A stretch of DNA of 64,000 bases from a virus. Shown here in pieces: positions 40,856-50,465 of the stretch (the first letter of the stretch is position 1; each line of letters opens with the position of its first letter). Under the pieces are notes generated by a model. It ran no database searches and was not told the origin of the DNA. It saw only the letters and a program-made list of their open reading frames with translations. The position numbers were made by a program, and so were the translations under genes. Where the stretch lies: the IMG/VR virus record IMGVR_UViG_3300032093_000017, one strand, 5' to 3'.

Positions 40856-41556
40856 ATTTATTGATAGAATATTTTAGATCCCCTGATTATCAGAGGCATA
40901 GTGAATATCTTACTTGTATTCACGAGAATTTGGAAAATGAGTACATTGATAAAGTTTATATTTTTATATCAGATGATGCAAAGTTAAATTTTCAATCTGA
41001 TAAAATAGAAATCATTCAAAGGGAAGAACGACCAACATATAAAGATCTTTTTGAATTTTGTAATGAAAATCTAAAAGATCAAATTTGTATTATTGCAAAT
41101 GCTGATATTATTCTTGATGAAACTTTATCTGCAGTTAAAGAAACTAATTTAGATAATATTTTTGTTGCTTTAACACGATGGGAAGTATTTTGCCAAAATG
41201 GTGAGTGGTGTATTGCTCCATTTGATAATTCTTCTTCCCAAGATGTTTGGATATTTACTTCACCAATTAAAACAACTGATGAGATGGAATTTACTTTAGG
41301 TAAACCTGGATGTGATAATAAAATTGCTAAATTGATGGCAGAACAGGGATACATTTTAAAAAATCCAGGAAAACAAATAGTATGTGCTCATTATCATATT
41401 TCTGGACATAGAAATTATAATAATGGTGATAGAATTCCTGGTCCATATACTTGCTTAGTGCCAAATAATGATATTAATACAGAAACACAACTTATTGAAA
41501 TTGATGGTTTTGATGAACAAGGACGAGCATACATTATACAGAAGGAAAGATCATAA
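40852..41556 (+). CDS. Hypothetical GT-A-like protein
   Basis: ANADI, SQDVWIF, GCDN. Confidence 0.55.
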   Translation: MNLLIEYFRSPDYQRHSEYLTCIHENLENEYIDKVYIFISDDAKLNFQSDKIEIIQREERPTYKDLFEFCNENLKDQICIIANADIILDETLSAVKETNLDNIFVALTRWEVFCQNGEWCIAPFDNSSSQDVWIFTSPIKTTDEMEFTLGKPGCDNKIAKLMAEQGYILKNPGKQIVCAHYHISGHRNYNNGDRIPGPYTCLVPNNDINTETQLIEIDGFDEQGRAYIIQKERS

Positions 41557-42356
41557 TGAAAGTTGGAATAATCGGAAATGGATTTGTTGGTAATGCCATA
41601 TACCAAAATCTAAAAAATAAGATTCAAAATTTATTTGTTTTTGATGTTGATGAAAACAAATCTTTAAATTCTTATGATGAAACTATAAATTCAGATATTG
41701 TTTTTGTTTGTCTTCCAACACCAATGAAAAATAAAATGGGTGGAGGGTGTAATTTATCTTATATTGAATCATTTTTTGATACTCTTCCTAAAAATCTATC
41801 TGGAATTTTTGTTATAAAATCTACTGTTCCTATTGGAACTACCGAGGAATTGAGTGAAAAAAGATTAGATCTAAAAATAATTCATAATCCAGAATTCTTA
41901 ACTGCCAGAAATTCTGTAGAAGATTTTAATAATGCTGATAGAAATATTATTGGTGGAGAAAAAGAATCATCTCAAAAACTAGAAAATTTTTATTTAAACT
42001 ATTTTCCTCATATCAAAACTATTTTAGTTTCTTCTGAAGAATCTGAATCAATAAAATACTTTTCTAACACATATCTTTCAATGAAAGTTACTTATTTTAA
42101 TTTAATGTTTGATTTATGTGACAAACTTGGAATTGATTTTGAAAAAGTTAGAAGTGGTGTTTGTTTGGATAAAAGGATTGGTGAATCTCATAGTTTGGTT
42201 CCGGGTATTGATGGAGACAGGGGATTTGGTGGAACTTGTTTTCCGAAAGATTTAAATGCTCTTAATGAAACTTTTAATGATAACGATTTGAATAGTTCTA
42301 TATTTTCTGAGATTTGGAATTATAACATTAAGATTAGAAAAAATATTGATTGGTGA
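41556..42356 (+). CDS. UDP-glucose/GDP-mannose dehydrogenase-like (short form)
   Basis: GNGFVG, CLPTP, KSTVP, NPEFL, GFGGTCFPKD. Confidence 0.88.
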   Translation: MKVGIIGNGFVGNAIYQNLKNKIQNLFVFDVDENKSLNSYDETINSDIVFVCLPTPMKNKMGGGCNLSYIESFFDTLPKNLSGIFVIKSTVPIGTTEELSEKRLDLKIIHNPEFLTARNSVEDFNNADRNIIGGEKESSQKLENFYLNYFPHIKTILVSSEESESIKYFSNTYLSMKVTYFNLMFDLCDKLGIDFEKVRSGVCLDKRIGESHSLVPGIDGDRGFGGTCFPKDLNALNETFNDNDLNSSIFSEIWNYNIKIRKNIDW

Positions 42357-42465
42357 ATATAATTTAGAAAATCATAATACAATTAGGTATAAATTACTAC
42401 TAGAGGGGCTTGACCCCTCTTTATTTTTGCTATATACTTTTGTAATGTTTCTTAACAAAACTTAT

Positions 42466-42675
42466 ATGACTGTAACAACCAATGAACGTGGTCAGCAAAA
42501 TATGTGGGCAATTGAACCCCCTGTTTATATTTCTGACGAAGATGCTATCAAATATGGAATGAAGACTTATGCTGAACGTGCAGAACTTGCCAATGGACGC
42601 TGGGCAATGGTCGGTTTTGTTGCTGGTATCATTTCTTATGCTAGCACTGGCAACTTCTTCTTCGGAGTCTTCTGA
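42466..42675 (+). CDS. hli: High-light-inducible protein (69 aa)
   Basis: AELANGRWAMVGF. Confidence 0.9.
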   Translation: MTVTTNERGQQNMWAIEPPVYISDEDAIKYGMKTYAERAELANGRWAMVGFVAGIISYASTGNFFFGVF

Positions 42676-42761
42676 TGACTGAAGTAATCTTCACACTCAC
42701 TGCAGTTGCCTTTTTCGTACTTTTGGGTTATGCTGTAGAGAAAGTCGCAGAAACTTACTGA
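42675..42761 (+). CDS. 28-aa single-TM peptide
   Basis: TGATG coupling at both ends; read by eye. Confidence 0.5.
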   Translation: MTEVIFTLTAVAFFVLLGYAVEKVAETY

Positions 42762-42925
42762 TGAGTGCTGGAATGCTTGGGCAACTTAGTCTTGCCCTTC
42801 AACAACTTGTAGAAGAAGGTGCCTGGTCTGATGATGATGAACTTAAAGTTTGTATCGCAGGCACCCTAAAGAAAGACAAATTTATTGTTATTCAAAACAC
42901 AACTAAAAGAGGAGAAACAAAATGA
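42761..42925 (+). CDS. Hypothetical protein (54 aa)
   Basis: Coupled ORF MSAGMLGQL... Confidence 0.55.
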   Translation: MSAGMLGQLSLALQQLVEEGAWSDDDELKVCIAGTLKKDKFIVIQNTTKRGETK

Positions 42926-43041
42926 AAAATCTTTTTACTGAAAAGGCGGAACGTATTAATGGTTGGTTTGCAATGATTGGATTCGTTGCTGCTGTCGGTT
43001 CTTATCTTGTTACTGGGCAAGTAATTCCAGGTGTATTTTGA
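42922..43041 (+). CDS. hli: High-light-inducible protein (39 aa; missing from the ORF track)
   Basis: AERINGWFAMIGF...TGQVIPGVF; RBS aggag. Confidence 0.9.
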   Translation: MKNLFTEKAERINGWFAMIGFVAAVGSYLVTGQVIPGVF

Positions 43042-43052
43042 TGGAGGTTACT

Positions 43053-43580
43053 ATGCGTAAAGAACAATATCAAGTTCCTCAAGTAGAATTCGTATTTCGT
43101 GAGTCTGGTGAGTTTGTAAATAAAACATCTGCAGATCTTTTCGATGGAAAACGTGTGGTTATTTTTAGCTTGCCTGGTGCTTTCACTCCTACTTGCAGTG
43201 CCTATCAGTTACCTGGATTCGAAGAGAAATATGACGACTTTCTGGGTCTCGGCATCGACGATATTTACTGCATCTCTGTTAATGATGGGTTTGTGATGAA
43301 TGCCTGGGCACAAGACCAAAACATTGAGAAAGTCAAACTCATTCCAGACGGCAATGCTTACTTCACACGTTCTATGGGAATGCTTGTCAATAAGTCTAAC
43401 CTTGGTTTCGGAGATCGCTCTTGGCGTTATGCTGCAGTCGTGGATAACGGAATCATCGAAAAACTATTCGTTGAAGTGGGGCAACGGGACAATGCAGACA
43501 CCGACCCTTACGAAACGACTACTCCAGAAGTGGTTTTCGAATATGTGAAGATAACTGTTAGGGAAACATCACAAGTTTGA
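43053..43580 (+). CDS. Peroxiredoxin (Prx5/type II)
   Basis: LPGAFTPTCS, SVND, RSWRY; RBS ggagg. Confidence 0.92.
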   Translation: MRKEQYQVPQVEFVFRESGEFVNKTSADLFDGKRVVIFSLPGAFTPTCSAYQLPGFEEKYDDFLGLGIDDIYCISVNDGFVMNAWAQDQNIEKVKLIPDGNAYFTRSMGMLVNKSNLGFGDRSWRYAAVVDNGIIEKLFVEVGQRDNADTDPYETTTPEVVFEYVKITVRETSQV

Positions 43581-43639
43581 AATAATAAGATATAATATGA
43601 AACCCTGTTGCTAAATAAGCAGCAGGGTTTTTTAGTATT

Positions 43640-43804
43640 ATGCCACGCGGACAATTGACCAAAGAAATCATTAAGTGTGAAGTTCTCAAATTAAAATCTG
43701 AGTTAGATAAGGAGTGGATGAATAAAACTGAATATGATCCAAAATGGTTGGCACACCATTATTTAAATAAGGTTATTGACAAAATAGAAGAGTATAGGCA
43801 TTGA
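43640..43804 (+). CDS. Hypothetical protein (54 aa)
   Basis: MPRGQLTK...; read by eye. Confidence 0.6.
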   Translation: MPRGQLTKEIIKCEVLKLKSELDKEWMNKTEYDPKWLAHHYLNKVIDKIEEYRH

Positions 43805-43841
43805 AATGGATAAATATCTTCAGTGTTTAGAAATATAAAAA

Positions 43842-44513
43842 ATGACATTAGATCTTCATAACTTTTTCAAGTATTATGATGATGGTAATGCGAATCATGT
43901 ATCAGCAGTTCAATGGTTAGAGGATAACCTTCCTGCTCAATTTATGGATGACTCAGAATCTGAATGGATTGGAATTTTTAGAACAAAACCACCAACTCCA
44001 GCAGTTCTTGATGTTCCATACTTTAACCAAGTAGACAACTATAGAGATGCACAAAGAACTTGCAACTCTTCATCGTGTGCAATGTGTCTTGCTTTCCTCA
44101 AACCAGGAAGCATTAAAGGTGATGATGAGTATGTTAAGAAAGTATTTGCGATTGGTGATACTACAGACCATGCAGTTCAAACTAAAGTTCTACAAGGTTA
44201 TGGTATTAAATCACACTTTAGTTATAATTTAAGTTTTGTTGATATTGATAAGAGTCTTGATAGAGGAAAACCTGTTGTTATTGGTATTCTTCACCGTGGT
44301 TCTCTAACTTCTCCTACTGGTGGGCACATGTGCGTGGTCATTGGTAAGACTCCAGATGGTAAGGGATATTATATTAATGATCCTTATGGTTCTCTCAATG
44401 ACAATTATACTGGTCCCGTAACGAATGGTAAGAAAACCATTTATACCAAAGCAGTTCTTAAGCACCGTTGGGCACCTACCGGAGGGGACGGATGGGGTCG
44501 TATCTTTGATTGA
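43842..44513 (+). CDS. C39-like cysteine peptidase with shared N-terminal module
   Basis: VPYFNQ, TCNSSSCAM, GGH, INDPYG. Confidence 0.85.
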   Translation: MTLDLHNFFKYYDDGNANHVSAVQWLEDNLPAQFMDDSESEWIGIFRTKPPTPAVLDVPYFNQVDNYRDAQRTCNSSSCAMCLAFLKPGSIKGDDEYVKKVFAIGDTTDHAVQTKVLQGYGIKSHFSYNLSFVDIDKSLDRGKPVVIGILHRGSLTSPTGGHMCVVIGKTPDGKGYYINDPYGSLNDNYTGPVTNGKKTIYTKAVLKHRWAPTGGDGWGRIFD

Positions 44514-44529
44514 TAAATAATAATGCCTT

Positions 44530-44605
44530 AATTGGTTCGCATCTTTAAGGTAGAGGGGGAGCAGAAATGCTCCTTTTCTTGTATAAATACTATTGCGAAC
44601 CAATT
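44530..44605 (+). promoter_or_regulatory. Perfect 12-bp inverted repeat enclosing a terminator (44558-44577) and TATAAATA (44582-44589)
   Basis: aattggttcgca / tgcgaaccaatt. Confidence 0.75.
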
Positions 44606-44616
44606 TAAGAGTAGAA

Positions 44617-45252
44617 ATGATAAATCCTAACAGGTTTTATACCTATGCCTATTTGCGTGAGGATAGAACTCCTTATTACATAGGTAAGGGAGTAAGATAT
44701 AGATTATTTGAAGGTAGTGGAAAACCTTGTCCTGTTCCAAAAGATAAAAATAGAATAATCTTTCTCAAACAAAATCTTATAGAAGAGGAAGCATTTAAAC
44801 ACGAAACTTATATGATAAGTGTGTTCGGCAGAAAGATTGATGGTGGAATTCTTTTGAATAAAACTTTTGGTGGTGAAGGTGCTTCTGGTAGAGTAGTCAA
44901 AGATTCCACCAGAGTAATTCTTAAAGAGAAATGTAGTGGGTGGAAACACACACCAGAAGCAATAGAAAAAATAAGACAAAGTTCTTTGAGTAGGATATAT
45001 TCCCCAAAAAGTGAGGAAACAAAAAGAAAAATAAGTAATACTCTAAAAGGAAGAAAATTATCAAAAGAGTTGGTAGATAAAAGAACTCAATCTGTCTGTA
45101 AAAATACTTATGTCATAATATCACCAGATGGGGTTAAATATAATACCAATAATTTAAAAGAATTCCAAAGACAAAATAATTTAAAACATCTTTATGATGT
45201 GGTTTCTGGTAAAAGGAAACAAGAGAAAGGTTGGACTGCTTTTAAAATATAA
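44617..45252 (+). mobile_element. Free-standing GIY-YIG-like homing endonuclease with NUMOD3-type repeats
   Basis: YTYAY...PYYIGKG, E, LLNKTFGGEG; KHTPEAIEKI, KSEETKRKIS. Confidence 0.82.
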
Positions 45253-45274
45253 ATAACTAAAAAGGATTCGCAAG

Positions 45275-45718
45275 ATGGACGCACAAGATTTTCGTAGTCT
45301 TCAAGAAGCATATTTGGAAGTCGTTAGTAATAATAATGAGTTGAGTGAAATGTCTTATAAAAAACTTCCTGTCGGCAAAATGATGAGAAAAGTTGAATAT
45401 AGGGCAGAAAGAGAAGCAGATACGAGAGCAGATGCAGAAACAGCAGACACAACTGCTTTTATGAGTCATAATCGGGCATTAAGAGCGCACAAACGCGCAG
45501 AAAGAAATAAAGAAAGAAGCAATAGAATGATAAATGTTGCTGATACTCATAGTAAGAAAGCAGCAAAGGCAAAATCAAAACTTAAAAAAGAACAAGTAGA
45601 CATCTACGACATCATCCTCTCACACTTACTTGATGAAGGATATGCTGAAACTCCAGAAGCAGCAGAAGCAATTATGGTGAATATGAGTGAAGATTGGAGA
45701 GAGAGTATTATTGGTTAA
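45275..45718 (+). CDS. Late cassette protein A (conserved N and C modules)
   Basis: TATAAATA at 45248; MDAQDFRSLQEAY...YDIILSHLLDEGYAETPEAAEAIMVNMSEDW. Confidence 0.8.
   Translation: MDAQDFRSLQEAYLEVVSNNNELSEMSYKKLPVGKMMRKVEYRAEREADTRADAETADTTAFMSHNRALRAHKRAERNKERSNRMINVADTHSKKAAKAKSKLKKEQVDIYDIILSHLLDEGYAETPEAAEAIMVNMSEDWRESIIG
45605..45718 (+). repeat. 114-bp dispersed repeat, copy 1 (copy 2 at 53383-53496)
   Basis: 108/114 identical by manual alignment. Confidence 0.92.
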
Positions 45719-45848
45719 ATACTTATGGAGAATGAAAACTCCTCGATTAATTTCAAGAGAAAGATCTTACAAAGAATTAAAGATCTTACAAATCACGGAA
45801 AGCACTTAGAAGCTTCCAAACTTTTCAACAAATACTTTGGAGACGACA

Positions 45849-46520
45849 ATGGCAAGAATCGATTTACATAACTTCTTCAAGTTCTATGACGAGAAGAACC
45901 CTAATCATGTGAAAGCAGTTCAATGGTTAGAAGATAACCTACCAGTCAAGTATCTGGAAGATAACGTAGATTGGGCGGAGATCTACAGAGGAAAAAAGGG
46001 TAATGCGGCACCAGCATCAGCACCATCTGCTGCCGCTCCTGTAGTTGGTGGTGACGATATGCCTATGATGGGTCTTAAATTAATCAAAGAGTTTGAAGGA
46101 TGCCATCTGAAAGCATATCCAGATCCTCTCACTGGTGGACTTCCAATCACAATTGGTTGGGGTTCAACCCGCAAGAAGGATGGATCTGCATTCCATATGG
46201 GTGATACTCTCACACAAACAGAAGCAGATGAACTTTTGATTGAACAATGCAAGAGAGAATTTCTTCCTGCACTTCGCAAAATTCCACACTGGAATGAAAT
46301 GTCTGATGGTAAAAAAGGTGCCCTACTTTCTTTTGCTTATAATCTCGGTGCTGGTTTTTATGGTTCTGGTGATTTTAATACTATCACTAAGAGACTGAAG
46401 AATAAAGAATGGGACTTAGTTCCCGATGCTTTATATCTCTACAGAAATCCTGGTTCAAATGTAGAAGCAGGTCTTGCTCGTAGAAGAAAAGCAGAAGGTG
46501 AATCTTGGAAAAAAGGTTAA
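45849..46520 (+). CDS. GH24 lysozyme (endolysin) with shared N-terminal module
   Basis: IKEFEG...AYPDP...TIGWG, SFAYNLG, GLARRRKAE. Confidence 0.92.
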   Translation: MARIDLHNFFKFYDEKNPNHVKAVQWLEDNLPVKYLEDNVDWAEIYRGKKGNAAPASAPSAAAPVVGGDDMPMMGLKLIKEFEGCHLKAYPDPLTGGLPITIGWGSTRKKDGSAFHMGDTLTQTEADELLIEQCKREFLPALRKIPHWNEMSDGKKGALLSFAYNLGAGFYGSGDFNTITKRLKNKEWDLVPDALYLYRNPGSNVEAGLARRRKAEGESWKKG

Positions 46521-46538
46521 CCCTATTCACAAAGGAAA

Positions 46539-46895
46539 ATGACTACTAAGAAAAACGAAAATGCTATGGGACAACTAATTCGTATATGTATCTTGGGTTG
46601 GTCTGCTGCTCTTCTCACTGCAAGTTATGCGGGTACTCTATCTAAGATGGACCCAACTTTTATTGCTACAGTCTTCACTGCATCTGCTGCTACTTTTGGT
46701 ATTAATACAATGAAGAAAGGTGGAGATGATGAAGATGAAAAAAAGCAAGAACCTAAAAGAGAGGAGTTTGTAGAAACTCCACCAGAACCACCTGCTCCTG
46801 AAGCACCACCAGAAACTCTTGAAGCAAGAGTGGAAGCACTGGAAACTAAAGTAGAAGATGGTGAAGGATTCGTTCAACCACGCACAGGAGCATAA
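46539..46895 (+). CDS. Two-TM membrane protein, holin candidate
   Basis: Two hydrophobic segments; charged/Pro-rich tail; adjacent to the lysozyme. Confidence 0.5.
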   Translation: MTTKKNENAMGQLIRICILGWSAALLTASYAGTLSKMDPTFIATVFTASAATFGINTMKKGGDDEDEKKQEPKREEFVETPPEPPAPEAPPETLEARVEALETKVEDGEGFVQPRTGA

Positions 46896-47108
46896 TGGCA
46901 AAATCAGCAAACAAAGGTAAGAAGGGTTCTTCTGGAGGAAAACAATCCAAGCAGAACCAGGGCAATGCTACAGCAAAGAAAGCAAAAAACGGTGGTAAGA
47001 AAAAATAATGTTACTAGAAATTTTAATTGCTGGTAATATTATAATTGGACCCAATTTATGTAAAGTTGATTTTATACACAATGGACATTTATATACGGTT
47101 GAATACAA

Positions 47109-47309
47109 ATGCCAAGAGAATGGAACACTCCTAAGAGAGAATCGTGGAATTCCCCCATCCACAACATATTGAAAGCAATAGATAACCACACCCGTCTCCA
47201 TATGGAGACGGGTGATTTTTGGCACGAAGAACAAGCACAAATTCTAAGAAAGTATGTTAAAGATTTAAAAATTTGGATTCACAAGCAAGAAGGTGTTTGG
47301 GATGAATGA
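47109..47309 (+). CDS. Hypothetical protein
   Basis: ORF track. Confidence 0.6.
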   Translation: MPREWNTPKRESWNSPIHNILKAIDNHTRLHMETGDFWHEEQAQILRKYVKDLKIWIHKQEGVWDE

Positions 47310-47407
47310 ATTTCCTTGGGGTGTAATTATAATTCTTTGTTCTGGTTTGATATTTACTGCCTATGTAATTTACTACATATTAAAGTTAGCATATTTGGAG
47401 ATGAAAG

Positions 47408-47620
47408 ATGAAACATCTGAGTCTGATCCTATCAATCACAAGTCTCACCATTAGTGGTGCTCTTTGTGTAGGTGCTTATATTACTTACCAAAAAGCACAA
47501 AAGATTTTGGATAATCCAGAAGAATTTGTTGGTGCTGTTGTGGAGAAGCAAGTCACTAAAGCATTTGATAAACTTCCTATTCCTAAGATAAATACTGAGA
47601 AGTTTAAATTACCATTCTAA
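47408..47620 (+). CDS. N-anchored membrane protein
   Basis: N-terminal TM helix; RBS ggag. Confidence 0.6.
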   Translation: MKHLSLILSITSLTISGALCVGAYITYQKAQKILDNPEEFVGAVVEKQVTKAFDKLPIPKINTEKFKLPF

Positions 47621-48030
47621 TGGATAAAGACCCATATATCTACAGAGTAAAACAGGTATTAAGAGTAGTTGATGGTGACACAATCGATGCGGACATTGAT
47701 CTTGGGTTCGATATTTCTCTTACTAAGCGAGTACGCCTTAGTGGTGTTGATACTCCGGAAAGTCGTACAACCGATCTCAAAGAAAAAGCACTTGGATTAG
47801 AAGTCAAAGAATGGTTGAAAAAAAATCTTGATGGTAAAAAAAATATTCTCATTAAAACGGAACTTCCAGACTCAACTGAAAAGTATGGGAGAATTCTTGG
47901 AAGGTTATATGTTGATGATGTATGTCTTAATGATCGTATGATTGCTGAAGGATATGCTTGGGAATACTCAGGAGGAACCAAAGTGAAGGATTTTGCTTTA
48001 CTAGAATCAAAAAGAAAGTCGAGCTGCTAA
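47620..48030 (+). CDS. Thermonuclease (SNase-like)
   Basis: VVDGDTI, VRLSGVDTPE, KYGRILG. Confidence 0.9.
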   Translation: MDKDPYIYRVKQVLRVVDGDTIDADIDLGFDISLTKRVRLSGVDTPESRTTDLKEKALGLEVKEWLKKNLDGKKNILIKTELPDSTEKYGRILGRLYVDDVCLNDRMIAEGYAWEYSGGTKVKDFALLESKRKSSC

Positions 48031-48837
48031 TTTTTTAGCAATCTTTTTAGCGGGGGCAAAGAGAGGTTTAAATCTTTCTTTGCCTTCTTTTGTAAATTTA
48101 TCTTTTATTACATCATCAATAATTATTTTATTATCAATCTCATAGAGAGCATTAATTTCAACTTGATCCCGAATGTATTGTTCTATATTAGTTACTTGTT
48201 CTACTAGACGAGTTCCTTCTGCAGAATATTCAAAGATATCAATATGACCTTCTTCTGCTAGAACATAATGTAGGACAGGTTTAACTTGTTTGATTTTAAT
48301 TTTAAATTTGTTCTTGGTTGCTTCTTTGATGATTGGTTCTGCAGCATTCTTTAAAGCATTCAAAACTGTTGTAGATGCTATTGTCGCAGCAGTGGTTACT
48401 ACTGCGACAGCACCAGCCGTAGCAACAAGAGAAGGGTCAGGTAAATTAATATCGACTCCATAAACACTAAAAGTGGGTTGAGGTTTAGTATCTGCTGGTA
48501 TTTCAGCAATCGGCACTTGGGAAGGAGGAGTTTGAGTAATCTGATTCAGTTGAAGAGGTGGGGTAGTATCTGGAAGACCTCTTGGTTTTTCTTCCTTTAG
48601 ATCTTCTTGTTTCTTTTGTTCTGCTCTCACTGCATAATCAAACTCTTCTTGTGTTGGGACATCAATTACTGGATAATTGATAGTCGTATCTGGCATATTA
48701 ATAATTGGCATATCAACACTTGGTATCACAGATCGTTCTGCTTTCCTAATTACGGGAGGTTCTATTGTTGGAATAATTGATGGAGCATCAATCCTAGAAG
48801 AATTAATTTTTATTGGTTTTATTTCCATTTGCCACAT
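48007..48837 (-). CDS. Pro-rich membrane-associated hypothetical protein
   Basis: Last gene of the minus-strand operon; central Ala/Thr hydrophobic stretch. Confidence 0.65.
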   Translation of the reverse strand: MWQMEIKPIKINSSRIDAPSIIPTIEPPVIRKAERSVIPSVDMPIINMPDTTINYPVIDVPTQEEFDYAVRAEQKKQEDLKEEKPRGLPDTTPPLQLNQITQTPPSQVPIAEIPADTKPQPTFSVYGVDINLPDPSLVATAGAVAVVTTAATIASTTVLNALKNAAEPIIKEATKNKFKIKIKQVKPVLHYVLAEEGHIDIFEYSAEGTRLVEQVTNIEQYIRDQVEINALYEIDNKIIIDDVIKDKFTKEGKERFKPLFAPAKKIAKKLAARLSF

Positions 48838-49387
48838 CCTGTATTCTTGGATACTTCACTACTATATCAGCACATATTTTTGCATAAGGACTATCTGGAT
48901 GAAATGAAATTCCATTCTTCACTGCCTCACCACACTTTAAAAGTCTCACAAGTTCAAAATCGAGTCTTGCTTTATCTGCTTCTGCTTGCTGTCTTGTAAT
49001 TTCTACACGAGCTCGTGCCTTACAAAGTTCTTGTAATGAACCATCAAGAGGAAAATTAAAACCCAAACTCACTCCAAAGTTTCCACTATGAGATTGGTAT
49101 GATGTTGGATCTTGACTTCCATTAAAACTTCCCAAAGAAAATGGGGCAATACTCATTGTAGGACCTTGACAAGAAACTCCATTGCCAAATGTATTCAAGG
49201 CATAAGGACCTTGAAGCACCTGAACTGCCTGGTTAGTTACATTACCAGTTGCAGATGCTGAAGGTCCCGCAATATTTGTATTGCTTGGTGCCTGTTGTGC
49301 AAAAGCAGAAGTTCCGATTAATATTATTGCGTAAAGACTGATATAGTATTTGCTATAGAATCTTCCGTAGTTTTTCTGTCTATCCAT
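48803..49387 (-). CDS. Secreted hypothetical protein (four Cys); start uncertain
   Basis: Signal-like ...SAFA; GVSCQGPT; FGVSLGFNFPLD. Confidence 0.7.
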   Translation of the reverse strand: MDRQKNYGRFYSKYYISLYAIILIGTSAFAQQAPSNTNIAGPSASATGNVTNQAVQVLQGPYALNTFGNGVSCQGPTMSIAPFSLGSFNGSQDPTSYQSHSGNFGVSLGFNFPLDGSLQELCKARARVEITRQQAEADKARLDFELVRLLKCGEAVKNGISFHPDSPYAKICADIVVKYPRIQDVANGNKTNKN

Positions 49388-49686
49388 GTTTCCTTTGCCA
49401 CTCCAGGAGTCAGATAAGTCTCACTAAATTGGAATGGAGCACCTTGAGTTTGAATTGTGTAATTCATACCAGGAGTAGGAGTTCCTGGTATATTAATATT
49501 GGTGCCAGTGACTGTGTAAGATGTCCCAGTTGTATATTCTATTTGTTTGATGACCTCAACCACTTCAGTGCGTGTTTTTGTTTCTGAGGTGATTGTCCCA
49601 CTAGTGAAGTTGGGAGTTACTGGTCCAGCGTATGAGGGACACATAACTCCCAGAACTGCAACCAGTCCGAGAGTTATGTGTCTCAT
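49324..49686 (-). CDS. Secreted Thr-rich beta protein
   Basis: Signal peptide SYA|GPVTPNF. Confidence 0.7.
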   Translation of the reverse strand: MRHITLGLVAVLGVMCPSYAGPVTPNFTSGTITSETKTRTEVVEVIKQIEYTTGTSYTVTGTNINIPGTPTPGMNYTIQTQGAPFQFSETYLTPGVAKETWIDRKTTEDSIANTISVFTQ

Positions 49687-50144
49687 TTAAATACACTTAA
49701 TTCGACGGATCTTTGTGCTGTTCCAGTGCTTCCAGGACCACCGGCAGTGATAGTAGCAACACCAGTAGGAGTTAAAGTGCCTGCAAGAGATCCTTTATCT
49801 CCACCTAACTGAGTAGTAGAGTTGCTATAAAGGTTGGGAGAAGCAATTGTTCCAGAAGCTGCCGACTGAGTGGTGACAACAGTATCTGCAGTAATTGATG
49901 TTTCTGAAAAAGTAAATGCTTGACCTGCCGTATTGACTTCATAAGAACTGGCAGTTCCAATACCGCCGAATGTATTTGCTTTAATATTTGTACCCGATAC
50001 TGCATATGAGGCTCCAATTCTTTCTGATTGGACCACTGCCCCTTGAACGTTTAATTGTACCGAATCAGTGATTTTAGATGTGATTTCAGCAGCACTTGTA
50101 GGAATGGCAAAGAATAACGAAAAGGCTAATAGAAGTCTTTTCAT
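49683..50144 (-). CDS. Secreted Thr/Ser/Gly-rich beta protein
   Basis: Signal peptide TSA|AEI; minus-strand ATAAATA near 50169-50175. Confidence 0.7.
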   Translation of the reverse strand: MKRLLLAFSLFFAIPTSAAEITSKITDSVQLNVQGAVVQSERIGASYAVSGTNIKANTFGGIGTASSYEVNTAGQAFTFSETSITADTVVTTQSAASGTIASPNLYSNSTTQLGGDKGSLAGTLTPTGVATITAGGPGSTGTAQRSVELSVFK

Positions 50145-50240
50145 TTTTCTATTTTATAGGACTAAAAGTATTTATCGTCACCATTTTTCATATTTAACTA
50201 CTTGTGGTATGATATAAATAAGTCGAATTTATTAAATTTT

Positions 50241-50465
50241 ATGACCGAACAACAGGAACATCTTGCAAATCTCGTAAAGCAAGCACAAGACCTATCTCTT
50301 GAATTGGAAGGATTGCAAACTAAGGCTACAGCAAAAAGAGAACTTTTTCTGAAGGTTCAAGGTGCGATTGAGTATCTTACCCAAATTGGTGTAACTCTTC
50401 CAGAACCAGAACCAGAAGAAATTCCACTTCCAGAAACAGAAGAACCTGAAACGGAAGAAGAATGA
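50241..50465 (+). CDS. Coiled-coil protein with acidic tail
   Basis: TATAAATA at 50213-50220; terminator at 50471-50494. Confidence 0.7.
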   Translation: MTEQQEHLANLVKQAQDLSLELEGLQTKATAKRELFLKVQGAIEYLTQIGVTLPEPEPEEIPLPETEEPETEEE

